Positions 4,478 to 14,548 are shown, counted from the stretch's first letter. The stretch: DNA of 25,885 bases from a virus (IMGVR_UViG_3300046717_000057:1-25885), one strand, 5' to 3'. Program-made: numbers and translations. The notes: generated by a model not told the origin, from the letters alone.

Positions 4478-7023
4478 CCCGGAGTAAACGCAAAGCCTTC
4501 GCTGCCGGCAAAGCCACCACCGCCGCCGAAGCCGCCAAAGTCGCCCATATTGCCGCCGCTAAAGCTGGTGTCGAAGTTCTGCCAGTTGGGCCAGCCTTGG
4601 CCGGGCAGACCCTGACTGTAGAACGGCGATAATGGTAACTGCTGCTGTTGCTGCCACGGCGGTAACATTGACTGGTTCTGCGGACCCGGCGGCATTCCCG
4701 GTTGCCCCGGTGCTCCCGCTGACGGCGGTGGTGGTGACGGCGGCTGCACAAATGGCAGTCCTGCTGTCGCGGCCTGACCTTGGCCGCGCATGGTTTGCTC
4801 CTGCGGCGTTGCTGCCGGCCCGGTCTGGTCGAGGAAGCCCGGCTTATAGCCGCCACTGACGGCGTCCATCATCGCCTTGGCCAAGCCCGGCGGCGTGCCC
4901 GGTCCACCAAACTGGTCGGCGTTGCGTGGCGGCCCAGCCGGCGATCCTTGCGGCAGAGCAATAGCCGGACTGCCGCCCGGCGGACCCGAACTGCGCGCCA
5001 GTTCGGCGGCACGCGACTGGTCGCGGGTGGCCTGTTCGGCTGGCGTTGCTGCCGGCCCGGTCTGCCTGAGAAAGCCGGGGCTGTAGGGCGCGGTGCTGAA
5101 TTGGCCAATCGCAGCGCCCAGCCTGTCACCAAGGCCCGGTGGTCCCGGTGGTTGTGGCGCTGGTGGTGGCCCGGCGGTCGCCGGCCCCGGTCCCTGTGCA
5201 GCGGCGTAGCGTTGTTCGGTCGCCCGCGCCGCGTCCTGCTGCGCCTGTTCCTGTGGCGTCGCGGCAGGTCCGGGTCGCAGATAATTGCGTGCGACTGGCG
5301 CACCCGAATCCGGCCCGAAATTTGGGCGCGGCGGCGGTAGCGGCGTGCCACCGGGACCACCGACATTATAGGGCGGCAGCGGCAGGTCGGTGAGGGTCGA
5401 GCCTTTTGGCCCCCCGAACGCTGGCGGCGCATTGGCGATGTCGCGGAAGGTTGCGCCCTGCGGCGGATTAGTCGGAGGCGTTTGCGACCCGTACAGGCCG
5501 GTGAGCGTGTTTGGCTTTTGGCGGGACGCATCCAGCGTTTTCAATGTCTGTTCCGGCGCCGGCATGTTTTCGGGCTTGGCCAGTCTGCCGGCAGCATCGG
5601 GTGCAGGCGGCACCGGCCCAGTAGGAGGCGGCCGGACGGGCTTGCCAGAGGGGGTGTTTCTGTTGCCCGCGCCGGTTTGAGCCGGTGCCGGTCGGGCCGG
5701 TACTGCCGGCCCGATGTCGCGCGTTAGTCCCATCGCCTGCTCACCGGAGCCGCTTGGGTTGACGATCTGACGGCCGGTATTCGGGTCAACGTAGCCGCCT
5801 GCAACCGGCATCTGGTTGCCCAGTCCACTGCTGGGCGGTGCCGATGCGGCCTGCGCTGCCGATTGCGGTGCGGCGGCCGGTGCTCGCGCGCTGGCCGGCT
5901 TCTGGTCTGCTGGCACCGCCGGACCCGCACCAGCGGGCCGCTGATATGGCAGCGGCACGGTCCCCGTTCCGGTGCCCACTGACGGTGGCAGCCTCTGGTC
6001 GGGATAGTTGGTCGATTGCTGGCCGGGATAGACTCTGGTTGGAATTTCCGGCTGCGGCGCAGCTTGCGCTGGCGCAGGTGCTGCTTTGGTGGGTGGCGCT
6101 TGCGGTGCGGCTTGCGGCGCCTGTGCCGGCTGGAACGGCGGCGCCGGCACCTGATAGAACGGGGCGCCACCCTGTCCAGTGTTCATGTTGCGGTTGCCCG
6201 GCAGATACATTGCCGGATTTGCGCCGGTCGCTTGCGGTCCAACGTTTCCGGTCGGGAACGACGGCTGCGGGTTGATCGCGCCGGTGATGGCTTGCTGTGC
6301 CGGCGATCCTGCCACTGCCGATGTCGGCGTCGGTGAAAAAGCCTGCGTTGGCGTGACTGTCGGGCCGCCGGTCATGGTGTCGCCGAGCGGTTTACCCGGT
6401 GCTGCCTTGGGTGCTGCTTGCGCGGTTTGCGTCGGTGGCTGGCCTCGCAATTCCTTGACGATGGTCATGCCTTCGTCTGCCGCCCGCGAGTCTTTCCCCT
6501 TGGCTTGAATTTCGCCATGGCCAACAATGTTTTGCGACGGGATATTGAAGCGTTGCTGCACGGCTGGATAAAGCTTGCGCGCCGCTTCTAGTGCCGCCGG
6601 CGTCGGATTTTCGCCGCCGCCGACAAATGAAATGCCCATTGCGTTGTTGTTGCTGATGTCTGGGCGGTCGCTGCGATATTGCGACCCCGGCGGCATGACG
6701 TGGTTGGTGCGCGCGTCGAGCGGCGCCGTCTGGTAAACGGTGCCGTCCTTGTCGATGACAAAGTGATAGCCGTAAGGAACGCCGCCGCGCCCCGGATCAC
6801 CTTTGGCCGTGCTCAATGCACTTTGTAGATTTTCGCCTCCGGTATAGTGCGACACGATGGCGCTGAAAGGCTGCGCGTTAGCAGTGGCGCTGCGCCCGAA
6901 GGTTTGCCCCGGCTGGTAGGCCTGTACGATCTTTAGCCCCGGCACTTCCAGTTGTGGGATTTCCCCCGGCGGGCGTGGCGGGTTTGGGTCATAAGAGGGC
7001 AGCGTGCGTGGCCATGCCATCAC
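4474..7023 (-). CDS. Probable virion/ejection protein with N-terminal N-acetylmuramoyl-L-alanine amidase (Amidase_2) and long Pro/Gly/Ala/Gln-rich tail
   Basis: Amidase_2 motifs IVSHYT, YHFVIDKDGTVYQ, NNAMGISFVG, PTPAAL and NIVGHGEI within about aa 55-185. The remainder is low complexity, and the gene follows the ejection cluster. Confidence 0.8.
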   Translation of the reverse strand: MMAWPRTLPSYDPNPPRPPGEIPQLEVPGLKIVQAYQPGQTFGRSATANAQPFSAIVSHYTGGENLQSALSTAKGDPGRGGVPYGYHFVIDKDGTVYQTAPLDARTNHVMPPGSQYRSDRPDISNNNAMGISFVGGGENPTPAALEAARKLYPAVQQRFNIPSQNIVGHGEIQAKGKDSRAADEGMTIVKELRGQPPTQTAQAAPKAAPGKPLGDTMTGGPTVTPTQAFSPTPTSAVAGSPAQQAITGAINPQPSFPTGNVGPQATGANPAMYLPGNRNMNTGQGGAPFYQVPAPPFQPAQAPQAAPQAPPTKAAPAPAQAAPQPEIPTRVYPGQQSTNYPDQRLPPSVGTGTGTVPLPYQRPAGAGPAVPADQKPASARAPAAAPQSAAQAASAPPSSGLGNQMPVAGGYVDPNTGRQIVNPSGSGEQAMGLTRDIGPAVPARPAPAQTGAGNRNTPSGKPVRPPPTGPVPPAPDAAGRLAKPENMPAPEQTLKTLDASRQKPNTLTGLYGSQTPPTNPPQGATFRDIANAPPAFGGPKGSTLTDLPLPPYNVGGPGGTPLPPPRPNFGPDSGAPVARNYLRPGPAATPQEQAQQDAARATEQRYAAAQGPGPATAGPPPAPQPPGPPGLGDRLGAAIGQFSTAPYSPGFLRQTGPAATPAEQATRDQSRAAELARSSGPPGGSPAIALPQGSPAGPPRNADQFGGPGTPPGLAKAMMDAVSGGYKPGFLDQTGPAATPQEQTMRGQGQAATAGLPFVQPPSPPPPSAGAPGQPGMPPGPQNQSMLPPWQQQQQLPLSPFYSQGLPGQGWPNWQNFDTSFSGGNMGDFGGFGGGGGFAGSEGFAFTPG

Positions 7024-8981
7024 CGTGATCCTTGGTTTGCGGCACTCATTGCCGCCAGAACGCGATCAAAAGAATTTGGCCCGGTTGGTCCTGCCGGACC
7101 CGCCGGCGGCGCTGTCATGCGATTGCGCGCCCACTTTGATTCCAGAATTTGGCCTTCAATACTAGGAAACGCCTTATTGGCTGCGGAACCGACAAGGACG
7201 GTCGCAAGCGGCCCAGCGCCGAGCATATGCGCGATGGTGCCCATGATGACGGGAGGCCCGAAACGGGTCGGCACATTCGCCATGATCTTGGCGCCGCCGC
7301 CCTTGACCGAAGCATAATCATAGCGCCGCGCCAGCAACGCCAATTCCTTGAGCGCTTGCACGTTATTGCCGCCAAGCTTTTCCAGTTCGCCGGGGTCATT
7401 GGCGACAAGGTTGTCGATCTTGTCGGCAAACTGGCGTGCGTTCGGCGCCTTTTCGGCATTCATCGTTGTCCGCAACAGTTCGGACAGGCGGCCGGCGGCC
7501 TCTTGGCTCTTTGTAATTGCCTGCGCGGTGTCAAAGGCCTCACCGGGGACGCCGGCACGGATCGCGGTGTCGCGCATCGCTTGTGTCGCCGGCTCGTAAA
7601 CTTCCCCATGATATTTTGCTTGCATCCCCGGCATATCGAGCAAGTCCTTGCCGAGATTGCTGCGCCAGTTTTTGAATTGCTCGTAGCGCGCGTAAGGAAT
7701 TCTGGCGCCGGTGGCTGGGTCCACCGGATTCATCTGCTGAATTGCATCCAAGCGCGGCTTTACTGTCGCGTTCCAGTCGTTCGGGTCCATCTTGTTTCGC
7801 AGCGCCAGAAGTGCGTTCTCGACCGGCTGTGTCAGCACGGCCTTTTGGCCGACTTGGTCCTCAAGGTATTGCTGCACGCGACCGCTGACATCGCCGCCGC
7901 CTACACGCGCCTGTTCGGCTTGGTTGATAACTTCGGCATTTCCCGGTGTGCGCGCCGGCAGCGCCTGCCGCTCCTGCACCAGCGCCTTGCCACGCGCTTG
8001 CATCGCGTCGAGCATGGCGTTGCTTTGTGCCTCGATCCCCGGACTCTGCCCCATTAATTCTCTTTCCAGTGCCACGCCTTTGCGATTGGCAAGGGCGCCG
8101 AATGTCGGTGGCACGCCCTGATTCTCGCCAATCCTCTGAATGTTTGCCGCATCGGACGCGGCGTACTGGCGCGGGTCGTAGCGCGAGGCGACGCTGCTGA
8201 CGCCGCGACCGAGCAGACCGGCGCCGGATTGAGCGCCAGCACCACCAAGCAATGACCCGGCCAACCTGCCCGTTTCGCCGTACATCTGGCCGCCGATTTC
8301 GCCGCCCAATTGCGCACCCGCAACTGGCGCCGCAACATTTGTGGCCAGTGCGCGGGCACCGGCGAGAATCTTTGGCGCCAGTCCGGGCGCTGCCCGAATA
8401 ACCGACCTTGCAATAGCAGGTAGGCCGCCGCTCACAGCTTCGGCACCGAATTCAGCGGCGCGTTGCAATGGCGTGGACGCCTGTTCCGGCACGTTCAATG
8501 ATTGACGAATCACTGCACCCGGTTCGGGGATTGGTTTGAATTGCGTCGGCGCAATCACGCCGGCATTTTCCAGCTTGCCGCGAATATAATCCGCTGGCCA
8601 GTTGAGCGGATTTAAGCCGGCGTTGGTCAGGGCGACGCCGAAGTCGGCGGCGGCGATAGGACTAAGGCCACTTCTGGTCGCAAAGCGCGTTGCGACATTG
8701 AACGCCTCCGAATTGCCCTTCGGTGCGTCAGCGGCATCGCTGACACTGCGATAGGCTTCCGACATCTTGACGTAGTCGGGCGTGCCGGCCTTGTCCTGAT
8801 TGTCTTTGAGCCATTGCGCGTAGTCGAGGCGCCGCTGCATGTTTTCGTCGGGCGGCGCTTGCGGCTGTGCAGTCGGCGCGACGATAGGTGCGGCGGCTGG
8901 CGCAGCAACAGGCACCGCTGTCGGTGCTGTGTCGGCGCCGGCAATCGGCAAATCCTCTGGAGTCCTGAGAACGAAAGCCAT
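7020..8981 (-). CDS. Putative internal virion / DNA ejection protein
   Basis: 653 aa, Ala/Gly-rich with glycine-zipper-like hydrophobic segments (GRLAGSLLGGAGA). Position matches podovirus ejection genes, and it is coupled to both neighbours. Confidence 0.65.
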   Translation of the reverse strand: MAFVLRTPEDLPIAGADTAPTAVPVAAPAAAPIVAPTAQPQAPPDENMQRRLDYAQWLKDNQDKAGTPDYVKMSEAYRSVSDAADAPKGNSEAFNVATRFATRSGLSPIAAADFGVALTNAGLNPLNWPADYIRGKLENAGVIAPTQFKPIPEPGAVIRQSLNVPEQASTPLQRAAEFGAEAVSGGLPAIARSVIRAAPGLAPKILAGARALATNVAAPVAGAQLGGEIGGQMYGETGRLAGSLLGGAGAQSGAGLLGRGVSSVASRYDPRQYAASDAANIQRIGENQGVPPTFGALANRKGVALERELMGQSPGIEAQSNAMLDAMQARGKALVQERQALPARTPGNAEVINQAEQARVGGGDVSGRVQQYLEDQVGQKAVLTQPVENALLALRNKMDPNDWNATVKPRLDAIQQMNPVDPATGARIPYARYEQFKNWRSNLGKDLLDMPGMQAKYHGEVYEPATQAMRDTAIRAGVPGEAFDTAQAITKSQEAAGRLSELLRTTMNAEKAPNARQFADKIDNLVANDPGELEKLGGNNVQALKELALLARRYDYASVKGGGAKIMANVPTRFGPPVIMGTIAHMLGAGPLATVLVGSAANKAFPSIEGQILESKWARNRMTAPPAGPAGPTGPNSFDRVLAAMSAANQGSR

Positions 8982-10834
8982 TATTGTGCTCGCTTTCGCC
9001 CGGTGAGTGAATCAGCCCAGTCGAGCAATGGATTGCCAGAAGTCGGCGCTGCGTTCGGCGCGGCAGCCGGTGCGGACGGTCTGGTCGCGACGTTGATGCC
9101 GCTGCGGTTTGACGGTGGAATAGCCGGTGTTGAAGGCGCTGGTCCTGCCACTGATGTCGAAGCCAATGGCACCGGCGCGCTGCCGGGCTGAAGCACGTTG
9201 GCGATGCGGATAAATTCGGAGTTATCCGGCGAGTTGGAAATACCGGACGCATAGGCGCCGGGTCCATAGCGGTTGATTTCGCGCGGGTCATTCTTTTGCG
9301 GCTGCGGCATATCCGGCAGAACAGCGCGCGGGTCCAGACCATTGGCTTGCAACCGCTTGGCGGTCTGGTCGCCGATGTTGACGGCTTCCTCAAAATTGGA
9401 CACGGCGGACGTATAGGCCTGATCCAACATTTGCGACTTTGTCGCGGCGTTCAATCGGCCGCCACCTTTGATGTAGTTGAACCAGCCGCCAACCCAGTTC
9501 TGCCATTGCGCCGCGTTGCGGCCTAACACCAACTCCTCGCCGCGCACCGCCGAGCCGGGATCGAACACCTTGGCCAGCGCGTAGATCAAATGCAGGTCGG
9601 CATAGCCGGTGTCGTACTTCGCGGCGCGCTGCATTTCGTTATACATCTGGTCGGCGACGCGCGCCTTGGCGACGGCCGGGTCTTGCTGGAAGCGACTGAC
9701 TTCCTGCTGGTCAAAACCGCGCACCGCCGGCGTCACGGTGACGCCGGGTGCGGGCGTCGTCGTTTGCATCGGAAGTGCCGCCGGTGGCCGCCATATTCCG
9801 TTGACAATACCGCCGGCATCCGGCGCGGCCGGCTGTGGCCCCTGTGACGCTCCCGGCGGTTGCAGCAATGCTGCGGTCGGGCCGCCGGTGGTGGCAGCGG
9901 CAGCCGGCGCCGTGTTCGGCAGCGCGCCGGTTGCCGATGAGTCTGCCGGGCGCGTGGTGCGGAAATAGTAATCAATCGCCGAATGCAGCGGCGCGTAGGT
10001 CGCGTTTGGAACCGTTTTTTGGATACCGACAATCACGCGACCGCCGTTCGGCGCCGGTTCAATCTGTTGCTCAATTTTGTAGAGCTTGCTGTATTTTGCC
10101 GCCAGACTTGGCATGCTCTCACTTGGCGTCTGTCCGTTCTGAATCTGCTGGGTCGCGCGCAATAGCGATTCATGGATTGCATTGTCCTCAAAGCCTTGCC
10201 CCGGCGTGCCCGGCGATAGCGCACCCATTGCTAGAATTGCGTGACCCGGCGGAACGAAAGCGGCCATTGGCTGTCCGGTCAGCGCATCGGTTTTGCCGCC
10301 GTCAGTGGTTGACCTGTAGCTTATGCTGCCGTCCGGTGCCCTGATGCCGATGTTTTCCAGTTTGGCTTCATGGGTCGTCGGCGCCGGCAGTTTTTCTTCA
10401 AGCGCACCCATTTGTTGCAGGTAGCGCGGTGAACCAATTGGCGCCGGTGCGATGGACAAGTCTTGCTGGCCGCGTGACGCATAGACGCCTTTGGTAAAGT
10501 CCGCTGCTGATTTGCCAAGCAGCGCCGACCCCTTAGTCACCGCCTCGCCAAACCGGGTCTTGGCGCCGATCAACTGCGTTTCCTGCTCTGGCGTCCACGC
10601 GGGGCCAGCTTGCCTTTTTTGCTCCGTCAGACTGTCGAGTTCGGCGGTGGCGTCGGCGGCGGCTTGTTTGGCGTCCAGTTCGTTTTGCAACTCCATGCGC
10701 TTCTGCGCGCTGGTCTTGATTTGCTCACCGGCCACCGCCGCGTGCAGCATCGTCTGCGGGCCATTGGAAATCGTGTTGCCAAGCTGGGCCAGCGCGTCGC
10801 CGATGGTGTTGTCGGGGATATATTGAAGGGGCAT
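8981..10834 (-). CDS. Putative internal virion / DNA ejection protein
   Basis: 617 aa. DLHLIYALAKVFDPGSAVRGEE resembles a motif I recall from podovirus internal proteins. Synteny and a TAATG overlap with the next gene support the call. Confidence 0.65.
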   Translation of the reverse strand: MPLQYIPDNTIGDALAQLGNTISNGPQTMLHAAVAGEQIKTSAQKRMELQNELDAKQAAADATAELDSLTEQKRQAGPAWTPEQETQLIGAKTRFGEAVTKGSALLGKSAADFTKGVYASRGQQDLSIAPAPIGSPRYLQQMGALEEKLPAPTTHEAKLENIGIRAPDGSISYRSTTDGGKTDALTGQPMAAFVPPGHAILAMGALSPGTPGQGFEDNAIHESLLRATQQIQNGQTPSESMPSLAAKYSKLYKIEQQIEPAPNGGRVIVGIQKTVPNATYAPLHSAIDYYFRTTRPADSSATGALPNTAPAAAATTGGPTAALLQPPGASQGPQPAAPDAGGIVNGIWRPPAALPMQTTTPAPGVTVTPAVRGFDQQEVSRFQQDPAVAKARVADQMYNEMQRAAKYDTGYADLHLIYALAKVFDPGSAVRGEELVLGRNAAQWQNWVGGWFNYIKGGGRLNAATKSQMLDQAYTSAVSNFEEAVNIGDQTAKRLQANGLDPRAVLPDMPQPQKNDPREINRYGPGAYASGISNSPDNSEFIRIANVLQPGSAPVPLASTSVAGPAPSTPAIPPSNRSGINVATRPSAPAAAPNAAPTSGNPLLDWADSLTGRKRAQ

Positions 10835-10849
10835 AATTTTATCCGCTGG

Positions 10850-11548
10850 TTAAACCGTGCCGCCGCCACCGATGCCGCTGAACATGCTGGCACCGGCGCC
10901 CTTGCCGGCGATCCCGGCAAGCGAGTTGGCAATGCCGCCCCACGGCGACGGCGTCATCTGGATTTTCTGCGGTTCGACCTGCTTGGCGACGTTGTAGGCC
11001 GCCAGATCACCGCGCCGGTAATTATTATAAAGGTCGATGCCCTGATTGCCGGTCTGGAATTCCTTGTTGACCGTGTTCTGCAAACCGAATTGCGAACCGC
11101 CGTAGGATTGGATTGTAGCCAATGCGGCAATGCGCTGACGGGCGTCGGCCGCCGCCGTGGCCACGCGGCTGGCGATGGCGCCCTTTACTTCCGGCGCGGC
11201 GTTTTGCTGTCCCGATAGCAGCATGTCGCCGGCAAGCTGGTCCGGCGTTTGTCCCGGCTGGATCGCGGTTGGCGTGATGTCGGTCTGCACGCGCTGCTGT
11301 TCGGTGGTCTGCTGGTCTTTCTGCGTTTGCGCCGAAATCTGGTCGGCCGTCTGCTGCTGCGCTTGCTGCGCCAATGCCCGGTTGGCGTTGTCGCGCGCGG
11401 TCGCCTCTTGCGCCTGCTGGCGCTGGTAATCGACCCAGCGCTGGTTGGCCGCCATCTGTTCTTCCATGGCGGACTGCTGCTGCGAATAATTAATCAGGCC
11501 GCCGGCAATCGAGCCGACCAGCCCAATCATCGAAAGCGGGTCACACAT
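10850..11548 (-). CDS. Internal virion protein (T7 gp14 / P22 gp7-like)
   Basis: MCDP start followed by a hydrophobic Gly-rich helix, a Gln/Ala coiled coil and a Gly-rich hydrophobic C-terminus. Lies downstream of the GNAT genes. Confidence 0.7.
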   Translation of the reverse strand: MCDPLSMIGLVGSIAGGLINYSQQQSAMEEQMAANQRWVDYQRQQAQEATARDNANRALAQQAQQQTADQISAQTQKDQQTTEQQRVQTDITPTAIQPGQTPDQLAGDMLLSGQQNAAPEVKGAIASRVATAAADARQRIAALATIQSYGGSQFGLQNTVNKEFQTGNQGIDLYNNYRRGDLAAYNVAKQVEPQKIQMTPSPWGGIANSLAGIAGKGAGASMFSGIGGGGTV

Positions 11549-11552
11549 AGGC

Positions 11553-12200
11553 TTATGTACTTCTTACGATATTGATGTTGCCGGTCCCGGTCGGCGAGGC
11601 CGGGTTTAGCCCTTGGCTGGTGTAGTAGTTGTTTGCATAGCTGTTGGCAGCGCTGATGCCGCCGACCGCAATCGGGTCGAACATGGCGCCGAGCGGGTTG
11701 AGGTTGGGCGTCGAAATGGCGCCCTGCTGCACCATGCCGGTGGCGGTGTTGGCGGCCACGGTCGGATCTTCCGTAGCGTATAACTGATTGATCGCCTGCT
11801 GCTTTTCGTTGCCGATTTGCGTTCGCAAGGACGCCGCTTGCGCGTCGGCGGCGGCTTTGAGGCCGGCTTGGTCGGTGAGGTTTTGCGTATTGAGGCGGCC
11901 AGCGGCATCGACGGCGGCAGAGGAGTTGAGTGTCCCGGCGCGCGCCGTGTCATAAGTGAGCTTGTTTTTTGCCAGCGTATATTGGTTTTGCAGTTGCGGC
12001 AGCGTGTAATCGAGCGAGGCCTGCTTGTATTTGTTGAAGAACGCATCATCGAAATTTCCGGCCGAGAAAATATCGTTGACCTGCTGCGTGCCTTGCTGCA
12101 AACGCGCCTGCCGGTCGGCTTCTTTCTGCTTGGCTTCTGCCGCCTGCTGCATTTCAAATTGCATCATCTGGTCGTTTGAAGAATGAGATTTTCCGCCCAT
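11553..12200 (-). CDS. Putative internal virion protein
   Basis: Start chosen at MGGKSHSS (TGATG overlap with the upstream stop, AAGGTG RBS). Helical Gln/Ala-rich composition. Confidence 0.65.
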   Translation of the reverse strand: MGGKSHSSNDQMMQFEMQQAAEAKQKEADRQARLQQGTQQVNDIFSAGNFDDAFFNKYKQASLDYTLPQLQNQYTLAKNKLTYDTARAGTLNSSAAVDAAGRLNTQNLTDQAGLKAAADAQAASLRTQIGNEKQQAINQLYATEDPTVAANTATGMVQQGAISTPNLNPLGAMFDPIAVGGISAANSYANNYYTSQGLNPASPTGTGNINIVRST

Positions 12201-12691
12201 CACAGCACCTTTCGCATGACGACGCCGATTTCTTCGGCACCGAATTTTTTGAACAGATTGACCAGCGTCGGCATCGCTGCATGGCCACTGGTCAGCGGGA
12301 TATGCGCGCAAGTGGCGCCGTCAGATTTCATCAGGTCCATGCACGCTCCCACCAGCGCGCGGCCAACCGGCGTGCCGCGATAGGCCGGTAGCGCATACAG
12401 TTCGTCCATCACCGCCAGCGGCGTTGCCGAAAAGCTTTCATCGAAATGGTAGGAAATCACGCCGACGATTTTGTCACCGTCAACGGCGATGATGTGCGGC
12501 GAAAAGCCTGAGCCGATGGCGCTGGTGAGATATTTTGTGCAGACATCGGTGCTGAATTGCAGCGCCGGCTGATAGTGGCTTTCATTAAAGAAAACTTGGA
12601 ACAGTGCTACCAATGCCGGAATGTCTGCGACGCTCGCCAGCCGCAACTGGATTGCCGGTTTGGTCTGGGTTCGCTCTGCGGCGGTGCTCAT
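12200..12691 (-). CDS. GNAT family N-acetyltransferase
   Basis: LRLASVADIPAL start, IIAVDGDKIVGVI, and motif A LYALPAYRGTPVGRALV, followed by NLFKKFGAEEIG. Confidence 0.9.
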   Translation of the reverse strand: MSTAAERTQTKPAIQLRLASVADIPALVALFQVFFNESHYQPALQFSTDVCTKYLTSAIGSGFSPHIIAVDGDKIVGVISYHFDESFSATPLAVMDELYALPAYRGTPVGRALVGACMDLMKSDGATCAHIPLTSGHAAMPTLVNLFKKFGAEEIGVVMRKVL

Positions 12692-13151
12692 CACTGAGCC
12701 ACCTGTAAAGGGTAAAATCTTCGCCGCGCCGACCGGAGGAGCGCAATACGGCTTCCGCAACTGCACCGAATTGGGCAACCCATCGGCCCACATCCTCTCT
12801 GTGAGCGAGCGCCCGGCACTCGATACGGTGGTAGCCGTTTTCCAGTACAAGCGGGAGCATAAACCGCTTGACGTGCCGTGTCATCGTTAACAGCGCGCGC
12901 GGCCATTGGTCGGTGCCGAAGGCGAACGCCGTGCCGACGCCCGGCCACATCGGGCACAGCCCCCAGACGCTTATCGGTTCTGCGTTCTCGTCGCGCGAAA
13001 CAAACGCCGCCGACGCATACCCCATCACCCTTTCGGGCAAATACAGACCGTCCGGCGATGATGTCGCCGATAATTCGACGCGATCCTGCTCGCGCAGGTT
13101 CGCCGCGACGTAGGCCACCGCGTCGAAGGTCGCCGCTTCGACGCGGATCAT
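12585..13151 (-). CDS. Phage GNAT-like morphogenesis protein (T7 gp13-like)
   Basis: VAANLREQDRVEL...RIECRAL...RWVAQFGAVAEAVLRSSGRRGEDFTLYRW pattern. Directly follows the nozzle gene (ATGA overlap). Confidence 0.65.
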   Translation of the reverse strand: MIRVEAATFDAVAYVAANLREQDRVELSATSSPDGLYLPERVMGYASAAFVSRDENAEPISVWGLCPMWPGVGTAFAFGTDQWPRALLTMTRHVKRFMLPLVLENGYHRIECRALAHREDVGRWVAQFGAVAEAVLRSSGRRGEDFTLYRWLSDEHRRRANPDQTGNPVAAGERRRHSGIGSTVPSFL

Positions 13152-14548
13152 CCCGTTTCAGCCTTTTCATAATGCACGATCATGTTGGACAGCGTTAAAG
13201 GCCCATTGACCGATGAACGCATGCGCAGGCTCATATGTGTTGAATGTCCCTGCATCGGGAAGCGGCCCTTCAAAAACGTCGGGCCGGTGAATTTGCCCAG
13301 ATAATCCTCTGCGGTGTCATTGTCCGGGTCATAGGAGGCATACACGTCCCACTCGCCGGTACAGGCCGCATCGAGGCCGTGGAACACCTTGAAGGTGGCC
13401 GGCTCCTCGCCGGCGTGGAACGGGAACACGATTTCAACCGGACAGGTGTCGTAAACCACGCCGGTATCGGTGGCGCCGCCATAGGCATAAATGTTGTTAT
13501 TGCTATCGCGCACTACGACGTGCTTGCGGTAGGTGGTGGCGGCGACAATGTTGATGGGATTGCCGCTTGCATCGGTCGGGTCGTACTGCGACCACGCCGT
13601 CACCTTGGGGCCGGGAAACGCCGACAGGATATAGACGCGGTCTGGCAAGATGATCCAGAAGCGCCCCGTCACCGGCTGCAACAGCGCGATGATGCTGCTC
13701 ATAAACCCTGTTCCCTGATCGCGCAGCAATTGCTGCATGACCGGGTCGAGCGGCGACCCGACATCGGACACCGACGCCGCCAGCGAGGCGTTGCGCGCGC
13801 GCAGCGAGCGGATGCCATCGGGAGCAATGTAGAGCACGTCACCCGACCCGTATTGCAGCACCGAACGCGGAGCGATGGTGCCGGCCTGTCGCAGCGTCTG
13901 GTCGTATTGTGTTTGCAGCGGGTCCGGGTCGATTGACCACAATTGCGTCGCCGTCGATGACAGGATGGCGAGCTTGTCGTAATAAACTTCAAGCGCTTGG
14001 CAGTCGGTCATGTCGCTGTCCTCAAGCGACAGGTCGATGAATCCCGACCCGGTTCCGGCCCAGTCATCGGCGGCGCCGACTGCGGAAAAATACATCACCG
14101 AACCGGCGACCGTGAACATCTTGGTTTTATAGGTGCGGCAATAATATCCGTTGGCGCCCGCCACGCTGACGCCGTTATAGAAGTGCTGCACCGCGCCATT
14201 GGTATCGACCACAATGGAGAACACCTTATTATTGAACAGGTCGTAGTCGAGGATGTACGAAATCCCGCCGGTCGCGAGTTTCAGCGTGCCGACCGTCCAG
14301 TCGGCCGGCGGCTCAACCACGCCGGGGCCGTTGGGACCGAACACATAAAGTTTCTGGTTGACCTCGATCAAACCGCTGCTGGCCGGGTCAACGGTGGCAA
14401 ATTTCACAAACGCAAAGCGTTTTTCGATTTCACCGCCCGGCGTCAGATGCAGGTTTTTCAGCGAGCGCAGCGTGCCGACCGGGGCGGTGAGCGAGGAGCG
14501 GCGCAGGTCTAGCCCGGCGGCAAAATTGTTGATGATGTAATACGCCAT
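13148..14548 (-). CDS. Tail nozzle / packaged-DNA stabilisation protein (P22 gp10 / T7 gp12-like beta-propeller)
   Basis: NNFAAGLD...LKNLHLTPGGEIEKR N-terminus typical of this class, beta-rich repeats and a VTAWSQYD motif. Follows the adaptor. Confidence 0.75.
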   Translation of the reverse strand: MAYYIINNFAAGLDLRRSSLTAPVGTLRSLKNLHLTPGGEIEKRFAFVKFATVDPASSGLIEVNQKLYVFGPNGPGVVEPPADWTVGTLKLATGGISYILDYDLFNNKVFSIVVDTNGAVQHFYNGVSVAGANGYYCRTYKTKMFTVAGSVMYFSAVGAADDWAGTGSGFIDLSLEDSDMTDCQALEVYYDKLAILSSTATQLWSIDPDPLQTQYDQTLRQAGTIAPRSVLQYGSGDVLYIAPDGIRSLRARNASLAASVSDVGSPLDPVMQQLLRDQGTGFMSSIIALLQPVTGRFWIILPDRVYILSAFPGPKVTAWSQYDPTDASGNPINIVAATTYRKHVVVRDSNNNIYAYGGATDTGVVYDTCPVEIVFPFHAGEEPATFKVFHGLDAACTGEWDVYASYDPDNDTAEDYLGKFTGPTFLKGRFPMQGHSTHMSLRMRSSVNGPLTLSNMIVHYEKAETG

